This document shows, in pieces, positions 1 through 5,750 of a DNA stretch of 12,302 nucleotides. The notes beneath the pieces were generated by a model that ran no database searches, was not told the origin of the DNA, and saw only the letters and a list, made by a program, of their open reading frames with translations. Positions within the stretch are counted from its first letter, which is position 1, and each line of letters starts with the position of its first letter. Position numbers and translations under genes: made by a program. This DNA is from Candidatus Thorarchaeota archaeon (lineage in GTDB: Archaea; Asgardarchaeota; Thorarchaeia; Thorarchaeales; Thorarchaeaceae), in NCBI GenBank assembly GCA_048882385.1, contig JBHLRQ010000087.1:1-12302 (forward strand). The letters are read 5' to 3'.

Positions 1-543
1 TATGCTTGCATCATGGATGTTGCCGATGAATTCGAACCAGTTATTGCACCGACACCAAAACCAGAAGCCAAACCTGTGCCAGAGCCTGAAACAGTTGAAG
101 AGGAACATGTTGAGGAGTATGTACCTGAGGTTGAAGCTCCCGCCGCGAAACTTACTAAACTACCCATTGAAACCATAGAAGGTATCGGAGATGTCTATGG
201 AAAGGAACTCAAGGCAGCTGGTATTGCTACTGTTGCAGATCTAATGGTTGCCGATGCTGACAAGGTAGCTGAGGTAACTGATGTCAAAAAAGAACAGGCT
301 GAACGTTGGATTGCAATGAGTAGGTTCGCTTGGCTTGATGAAGTGTCAGAGGAGGATGCTGAGGCAATAGTGTTTGCCACTGGTATCACAGACCTCGAGA
401 CACTTGCAAAAGCGTCTGCGGATGACATCTACAATAAGATTCAGGTAGCATTGGACGAGGGTGATGTCAGAGTACCTGCTGGATACAAGTTCAGCAAGGA
501 CAAGATCAAAACCTGGATTGACGCTGCGAAAAAGCTGACTTGA
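1..543 (+). CDS. DUF4332-like helix-hairpin-helix protein, C-terminal part (probably 5'-truncated by the window)
   Basis: The frame is open from base 1 (TAT GCT TGC ATC ATG...). A Pro/Glu-rich linker is followed by IETIEGIGDVYGKELKAAGIATVADL and a second repeat, LDEVSEEDAEAIVFATGITDLETLA, typical of DUF4332 tandem HhH domains. Stop is TGA at 541-543. Confidence 0.75.
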   Translation, partial: YACIMDVADEFEPVIAPTPKPEAKPVPEPETVEEEHVEEYVPEVEAPAAKLTKLPIETIEGIGDVYGKELKAAGIATVADLMVADADKVAEVTDVKKEQAERWIAMSRFAWLDEVSEEDAEAIVFATGITDLETLAKASADDIYNKIQVALDEGDVRVPAGYKFSKDKIKTWIDAAKKLT

Positions 544-610
544 TTTCAATCAGATACCCGGTGAAACACTTTCAGGTCCCAATCATTTTTCAGAACCTAG
601 CCTTTCATCT

Positions 611-841
611 TCACCTTCGTCTATAGACCAACCCTGCAATGATAAGTCCAATGACTATTGCTGGCAAACCAGTGAACATGGCCAAGATCAGAGCATTACC
701 ATAGATGTAAGTACCAATATGTTCAGCGACCAGTTGTAGATTGATGATTGTTACAACACCATAGATGATGAGTATAACTGCAATCAGTATTCCTGCAAGG
801 TTTCTCCTATTGCTTCCTTCTGCCAAACGACTACTCTCCAA
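611..841 (-). CDS. Small membrane protein with two predicted TM helices (76 aa from TTG; possibly longer, see findings)
   Basis: Two hydrophobic stretches (LAGILIAVILIIYGVVTIINL; ALILAMFTGLPAIVIGLIIAGLVY) are flanked by basic residues (RRN, RRR), consistent with positive-inside topology. Confidence 0.75.
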   Translation of the reverse strand: MESSRLAEGSNRRNLAGILIAVILIIYGVVTIINLQLVAEHIGTYIYGNALILAMFTGLPAIVIGLIIAGLVYRRR

Positions 842-853
842 GTATGCTGGAAC

Positions 854-946
854 TCATTCACACTTAAGCTTCTTGAAATGGAAATGCACTACCCCCTGTC
901 CCCTTTCCTTCTTTTGGAACTCAAAATGTAAGGTGTGTTTCTCCAT
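854..946 (-). CDS. Possible 30-aa ORF MEKHTLHFEFQKKERGQGVVHFHFKKLKCE, in frame with 611-841
   Basis: ATG at 946-944 follows an SD-like AGGCGTGA. It ends at TGA 856-854 and has an internal xHFxFxK repeat. I recognise no homology. Confidence 0.3.
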   Translation of the reverse strand: MEKHTLHFEFQKKERGQGVVHFHFKKLKCE

Positions 947-1125
947 GAGTTCACGCCTTCTAGTAGCCCTCTGTGGGTATATTGTCCACATGTACTCCGT
1001 GTATTATCCAGGTATCACCAGGGAACAGTGCCACATAACGCCAAGTATTATTAAGAATTCCAGTGGATACATAAGAAGAAGAGGTGTGTTGTACCACACT
1101 AAATGAAACACGCGGTGAAGCGAAT

Positions 1126-1266
1126 ATGACCAAGGAAACACGACCAACATCAACCCTCCAAAAGAACGCGGAAGTCCTCCATACACTCTATGGTCTGTTG
1201 GACAGTGACCGTGAACCAACAGACCAGGACGCGCAGAGTCTTCGTTACCTCTATGCAAGTTCCTGA
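1126..1266 (+). CDS. Small hypothetical protein, 46 aa (MTKETRPTSTLQKNAEVLHTLYGLLDSDREPTDQDAQSLRYLYASS)
   Basis: GGTGA SD at 1114-1118 precedes ATG 1126. An AT-rich TATA-like TATTATTAAG lies near 1046-1055. The sequence has an amphipathic helical pattern. The ORF-track start at 1084 is probably too early. Confidence 0.65.
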   Translation: MTKETRPTSTLQKNAEVLHTLYGLLDSDREPTDQDAQSLRYLYASS

Positions 1267-1275
1267 CTTCCTTTA

Positions 1276-1376
1276 TGATCCTCATTTTCCAATGAGGTCA
1301 ATTCGCTGTCTCCGTGTGCACCTCCCGGCATCATTGAGACACAGTGGGGGCGAGCTCCCCTAGGTTCGTCCCCCAC
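1276..1376 (+). ncRNA. Three tandem hairpins (structured 3' UTR/terminator or small RNA)
   Basis: Stems are TGA(T)CCTCATT/AATGAGGTCA (1276-1300), TGTCTC/GAGACA with inner TGC/GCA (about 1307-1341), and GTGGGGG-CGAGC/GTTCG-T-CCCCCAC (about 1344-1376). Confidence 0.4.
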
Positions 1377-1434
1377 ACCAAATTGCGTGACTTGTGGTTA
1401 ACACCCTCTTCCCTTCCCATCCGTGGTGATCAAG

Positions 1435-1551
1435 TTGGCGACGACTGAAAGAACAAAGTTGGCCCGTTCCAAGGGCACATCTACCATCCTCAGAAAGCAT
1501 CGTCTCAAAGCCGATAGAACATTGCGTCGCCGTCTCAAGACAAGGAAGTAG
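1435..1551 (+). CDS. Small highly basic protein, 38 aa (MATTERTKLARSKGTSTILRKHRLKADRTLRRRLKTRK); absent from the ORF track
   Basis: GGTGAT SD at 1425-1430, TTG start at 1435, TAG at 1549-1551 followed by TTTT. Composition is 9 Arg and 6 Lys against 2 acidic residues. Confidence 0.7.
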   Translation: MATTERTKLARSKGTSTILRKHRLKADRTLRRRLKTRK

Positions 1552-1592
1552 TTTTGCAGACTCATTCAGTGCATCTTGAACTTTGGATATCA

Positions 1593-1610
1593 TTAGAACA
1601 CGTGTTCTAA
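1593..1610. promoter_or_regulatory. Perfect 18-bp palindrome TTAGAACACGTGTTCTAA, putative transcription-factor operator
   Basis: Exact self-reverse-complement in intergenic DNA about 65 nt upstream of the likely ATG at 1675. Confidence 0.55.
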
Positions 1611-1674
1611 ATAATCAGCAGACTTATTGTGTGGGACTGATGATTTCTCTCAAACTGTTTTATCGGTGAATGAA

Positions 1675-2349
1675 ATGAGTGAGAGTTTGATTTCAAGATT
1701 GAAGTTGGTTTCCATATTCATCTTCTTGGGATTTCTCATGACGTTGGGCATGGCGGCTATAATCTTCCTCAACCCTGGAGGTGGAAACCTCTATGAGATT
1801 CGACCTATTGCAAATGTGATTAGTGATTTATTAGCAGCGTCTCCATTGGACATAACAATCAACCTTGCAAGTCTAATATTTGACAACTTCTTCATGATTG
1901 GCTATCTGGCTATATTCTATGGTTTGTATCTCGTAACAAAGGGAAAGGATGAACTATTTGCGAGGATAGCATTCCTCCTTGGAGTCGTCACGTTTGTTTC
2001 TGATATGATAGAGAATGCGTTTCAGGCCGCTCTCTTGACTGGAGTTCCCAATGGCTGGGTACCTGCAGACAATATGTTCTCAACATTCTGGGTTGTGATG
2101 TTCCTGAAGGACATTTCGAGCTATATGGCTGGATTTGTGTTCATCGTGATGCTTTTGGTTTCCCTGAATATTCCTCGAGACTTCAGGGAAGAGAAGCTCA
2201 TCTTCATAATTCTGCTGGGAGTCTATGTCATTCTTGGAGTCATAGCAATTATTGACCCATCACTTCTGGTGTTCAGGAATCTCAGCTTCATGATCGACCT
2301 ATTGATTGCATCAATACTCTTCAGGAAGATGGCATCTGACCTTGGATAG
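1675..2349 (+). CDS. Polytopic membrane protein (about 6 TM), function unknown
   Basis: GGTGA at 1665-1669 precedes the in-frame ATG 1675, so the ORF-track TTG at 1627 is probably too early. Multiple hydrophobic helices. The TAG stop overlaps the next GTG start. Confidence 0.8.
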   Translation: MSESLISRLKLVSIFIFLGFLMTLGMAAIIFLNPGGGNLYEIRPIANVISDLLAASPLDITINLASLIFDNFFMIGYLAIFYGLYLVTKGKDELFARIAFLLGVVTFVSDMIENAFQAALLTGVPNGWVPADNMFSTFWVVMFLKDISSYMAGFVFIVMLLVSLNIPRDFREEKLIFIILLGVYVILGVIAIIDPSLLVFRNLSFMIDLLIASILFRKMASDLG

Positions 2350-3119
2350 TGAACCCGGTGCGTACGCGCCCGAGTGAGAAGTACTACCGTGACACTGCAA
2401 AGTACTATGACCTCTTCGCCTACAGACCTGATGAGCAATTCTTCAAGGAAATAGCCAAGAGGTATGGTTCCCCCATCCTCGAACTTGCATGCGGTACAGG
2501 TAAAATCTCTCTTCTACTTGCAGAAGAGGGCTATCAAACTGTTGGAGTTGACTTATCACAAGAGATGCTGGAAATTGCTAGGGAGAAACTCCAACAGTTG
2601 TCCGATGATGTTCAATCTCGAGTGGCTCTTCATCGAAGGGACATTACCAATTTCAATCTTGAACGTAAGTTTGCTTTGGTCATTATCCCGTCTGCTTTCA
2701 AGTTCCTGCTATCAACTGAAGACCAACTAGATTGTCTGAAGCACGTTCGAGAGCATCTATTAGATGATGGTGTCTTCGTTCTCGATCTCTATCCTGGGGA
2801 GGTCACTGATCAACAGGGAACGCATATCACTGAACCCATTGAATTGGATGGGATGAAACTGGTTAAGACTTACAAATATTCAAATGACCTAAACACACAG
2901 CTCCGACACTGGGATGTTGAGATATCGAAAACACATCCGGATGGTTCCGAGGAGCAAATCAAAACACAGTCTACGACTTCACTCATTATGCCTCGGGAAG
3001 CTGACCTCCTGTTGAAACTTGCAGGATTCGAGATTGTAGAGGAATACGGGGGTTGGGAGTTCGGCACATACACTCCTGAAACCTGGACAAGGATTCTTGT
3101 CTTGAAGAAACAGCATTAG
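2349..3119 (+). CDS. Class I SAM-dependent methyltransferase
   Basis: Motif I ILELACGTG, motif II VGVDLSQEML, then RDITNF, FALVII and HLLDDGVFVLD. Translationally coupled to the upstream gene (TAGTG). Confidence 0.92.
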   Translation: MNPVRTRPSEKYYRDTAKYYDLFAYRPDEQFFKEIAKRYGSPILELACGTGKISLLLAEEGYQTVGVDLSQEMLEIAREKLQQLSDDVQSRVALHRRDITNFNLERKFALVIIPSAFKFLLSTEDQLDCLKHVREHLLDDGVFVLDLYPGEVTDQQGTHITEPIELDGMKLVKTYKYSNDLNTQLRHWDVEISKTHPDGSEEQIKTQSTTSLIMPREADLLLKLAGFEIVEEYGGWEFGTYTPETWTRILVLKKQH

Positions 3120-3395
3120 TAGCATCTACATGGTCTTTCGAAATTCCAACAGGAGTACAGCTAGAATGGCATTTACCATCCCTACAATGATGAAATAGAA
3201 TCCTAGTCCTTTTTTCGTATTAAGATTTCATAATGAATTATCATTAGATTGAGAACTGAGGAGATTTTCATCTGTGACATTGATGCACTTGGGATGCCAG
3301 TTCTGACAGCTACTGAAACTGAGATTCGTCCCTGTTATTTTGGTAGATAATAGCACAATTAGGATGGATGTACTAACCTATTATTCTGCTTTGAT

Positions 3396-3433
3396 GTGAA
3401 GTTAAAAATAGAAACAGGCTTGAACAGAGGAGA
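3396..3433 (+). promoter_or_regulatory. Putative BRE/TATA (GTGAA-GTTAAAAATA) and SD (GAGGAG) of the hgcA-like operon
   Basis: AT-rich box at 3401-3410 lies about 30 nt before ATG 3439. GAGGAG is at 3427-3432. Confidence 0.45.
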
Positions 3434-3438
3434 GTAAG

Positions 3439-5190
3439 ATGGCTGTAGCTTTTATGGCTGCTCTAGAGCAGTCTCCAGAAACCTATGACAAGGAGTTCAA
3501 CAAGGTTCTAGGAGGTAGACAGGTTCTCATCCGTGAGAGATTACTTGAACTCGTCAAACCTGGTATGCGAGTCCTCGATCTTGGATGTGGACCCGGTTCG
3601 TTTACACAGGAAGCATCCAGAATAGGAGCAGAAGCAGTTGGTGTTGACTCAAGTGAAATTATGATTAAAACAGCTCAAAAGAACTCAGCTCAGTTGGAGC
3701 GAAGTCCAGTTTATTTCGTAGCAGATGCGCTCGAATTTCTTGAAATTCTAGTACGGAACCTGTCAATTCCGAATGGCGGTCCTGCCTACGCTGATGTCCC
3801 ACAACTTAACAAGAAATATGATTTTATTGTAAGCTCTTTTCTTTTGTCTGAATTAAAACCTCATCAACGTGAGCTCCTTCTACAAGGCATTGGGCTGGTT
3901 TTGAATTCAGATGGGATATTTGGAGTGGCATCAGAAACACTTCCAGAAAAAGGAAGCGCACGGAATAACTTCTGGAAACAAAGATCAAAAGCTCAGAAAC
4001 TAGCTAATAAGAAACTAATGCCACCGGTTGAAAAACTTGAATCGATTACCGAAACATCAGGGCTGAAAATTACAGCGTTTGAAAAATATGGCCCTGAGAT
4101 CTCGTTGGTACTAGGAAAAATTGGGGACAATCCACCTCAATCGGTTTATGAGAATAGACAACGAGAATTCCAAGGCGTCAGGGCAAGGAGCAGAATCTGG
4201 TACGACCATCTTACAGGGGGATGGAGAGGCATTCCTCTTCCTGCCGGATTATATAGAGCGGGGAATCCATCGAAAGGAAGTCCTGTTGTTGTCACAGCGA
4301 ATTATGAGTTGACATACTACACGGTGATGAGAGCTCTTGCAAAAGACAGTGTAGATGCATGGGTCTTAGTTTGCGATACTAATGGGATTAATGTCTGGTG
4401 TGCAGCTAGAGGGAAACACTTCCATACAAGCGATGTTGTTGAAATGGTGAAGCTCACACAGCTTGAGAAAGTTGTTGATCATCGAGAGATTATCTTGCCA
4501 CAGCTCTCTGCAGCTGGTATGGACACTAAAGAGATTCGTCAAAGAACTGGATTTCGTTCTCGTTATGGACCGGTCAGGATTCAAGATTTAAAGAAGTGGC
4601 TTGATTTGGATAAACCTAGACCCAAACCCAGAGACATGGCCACTGTAACTTTCAATCTAAGAGAGAGAATGGAGCAGACAGTAGCGCATATCCCCTTTCT
4701 ATTAGCAGTACTACTTGGTCGTCCGCTTGCTGTTCTTTTAGGATCAATATTTCTGATCAATGTGGTAACCACTCTGTTCTTGCAATCCTTATCACTGCAG
4801 GTCTTTTCTGTTAGCCTTGCCATTGTGATATTTATCATTGAGATTTTCATTGCATTATATGGTAATGCAATCATCTTGGGGCTGATTTTTCCTATTCTTC
4901 CAGCAAAGGGAAATTCATTCCTCCGCCGGGGTCTTGGATTAGCTGCTATCACTCTCCCCTTCGCATTTATCCTCATGTTCCTGCTCGGGGCTCATTGGAC
5001 TGAGTATGTTGTCTGGTCAGTTGCACAATTCGTAATGGCTGTTTCATTGACTATGGACTGGTCTGGGATGACTTCAGTAAGCGACCCAAAAGTGATTGAA
5101 CGGGAATATCCCTACATGATCTACACTATTTTTGTTGGGATTGTCATAATCATAGGATTCAATATCATTGTTTCACTTATGGGATGGTGA
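3439..5190 (+). CDS. hgcA: Fusion protein: N-terminal SAM-dependent methyltransferase (CpaM-like) plus HgcA-like corrinoid-binding domain and TM domain
   Basis: Residues from 45 give VLDLGCGPG and GVDSSEIM (SAM binding). From about aa 265 come the HgcA/CdhD-family motifs PAGLYRAGNP..SPVVVTANYELT, DTNGINVWCAARGKHF (Cys321), ILPQLSAAG, GFRSRYGPVRIQDL and MATVTFNLRER. About five TM helices and MDWSGMTSVSDPKVIERE follow (compare HgcA MNFTGxTTxTSxSGVxKE). The symbol means hgcA-like; Hg methylation is not established. Confidence 0.88.
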   Translation: MAVAFMAALEQSPETYDKEFNKVLGGRQVLIRERLLELVKPGMRVLDLGCGPGSFTQEASRIGAEAVGVDSSEIMIKTAQKNSAQLERSPVYFVADALEFLEILVRNLSIPNGGPAYADVPQLNKKYDFIVSSFLLSELKPHQRELLLQGIGLVLNSDGIFGVASETLPEKGSARNNFWKQRSKAQKLANKKLMPPVEKLESITETSGLKITAFEKYGPEISLVLGKIGDNPPQSVYENRQREFQGVRARSRIWYDHLTGGWRGIPLPAGLYRAGNPSKGSPVVVTANYELTYYTVMRALAKDSVDAWVLVCDTNGINVWCAARGKHFHTSDVVEMVKLTQLEKVVDHREIILPQLSAAGMDTKEIRQRTGFRSRYGPVRIQDLKKWLDLDKPRPKPRDMATVTFNLRERMEQTVAHIPFLLAVLLGRPLAVLLGSIFLINVVTTLFLQSLSLQVFSVSLAIVIFIIEIFIALYGNAIILGLIFPILPAKGNSFLRRGLGLAAITLPFAFILMFLLGAHWTEYVVWSVAQFVMAVSLTMDWSGMTSVSDPKVIEREYPYMIYTIFVGIVIIIGFNIIVSLMGW

Positions 5191-5195
5191 AGGAA

Positions 5196-5525
5196 ATGAC
5201 AACTGTAACTACAATCTCAGACTCTGGCAGGACTGATTTTTCCTATGATCCAACAAAATGTAACAGGTGTGGTAACTGCCTTGAGGTGTGCGGGTTCAAT
5301 GTGTGGGAACTCCCTGAGTCTGGTCCAGCCATTTTTGCTAGACCTGACGACTGCACCAATTGCACTGCATGTGCTAAAAATTGTCTAGGTGACGCAATCA
5401 CAGTTATGAATCTGGGTTGTGGTTGTGTATGGAATCAAGCAAGAAAACGCAAAGGTGATTGTCAGGAAACTGTTGTTGGACCAAAACAAGAGAGCCGCTC
5501 AAGTAACACGAGCTGTTGTGGTTAG
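5196..5525 (+). CDS. hgcB: HgcB-like 2[4Fe-4S] ferredoxin with extra C-terminal cysteines
   Basis: Two CxxCxxCxxxC motifs (CNRCGNCLEVC; CTNCTACAKNC) are followed by AITVMNLGCGC and a C-terminal SCCG, matching the HgcB layout. GGTGA (5186-5190) overlaps the upstream stop and favours ATG 5196; ATG 5184 is the alternative. The symbol means hgcB-like. Confidence 0.85.
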   Translation: MTTVTTISDSGRTDFSYDPTKCNRCGNCLEVCGFNVWELPESGPAIFARPDDCTNCTACAKNCLGDAITVMNLGCGCVWNQARKRKGDCQETVVGPKQESRSSNTSCCG

Positions 5526-5750
5526 AATCTTCTCTCGTTTTTAGAATCTAATAATCGTTAGAGTTAAATCAGAACAAAACGCTGTTGCTGTAACCTACTT
5601 GATTGAAGGCGGGAAAAGAACTCAACGAAAGAAACGATAGAACACCTGTTTCAAAGGTCGTTTATGCGAGACACTTCAGAGTAGAGTATCTCACATTTTC
5701 TGCAGAGTTTCCGCATCACTTTGGAGTAGGTTATCAATATCAAAAGGAGT

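Noticed and set aside
1305-1376. HDV-like ribozyme suggested by ACCTCCCGG and GGCGAG
   Set aside because: I could not build P1, P1.1 and P2 with the correct topology, and L3 is the wrong length.
765-1593. Track ORFs 765-1106 (+), 1004-1285 (-) and 1360-1593 (-)
   Set aside because: They lack convincing SD sites or protein-like features and overlap better-supported small ORFs.
1613-1650. Similarity of TTATTGTG..CTGAT and AATCAGCA to 8934-8975
   Set aside because: The match is short and gapped with blocks in a different order, not enough to call a dispersed repeat.
4399-4401. Selenocysteine in the HgcA-like cap helix
   Set aside because: The codon is TGT (Cys), and there is no in-frame TGA in either hgc-like gene before its stop.
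5581-5733. Cobalamin riboswitch suggested by GGGAA and GCTGTAA near a corrinoid gene
   Set aside because: The elements are in the wrong order, there is no B12 box, and the region lies downstream of the corrinoid operon.
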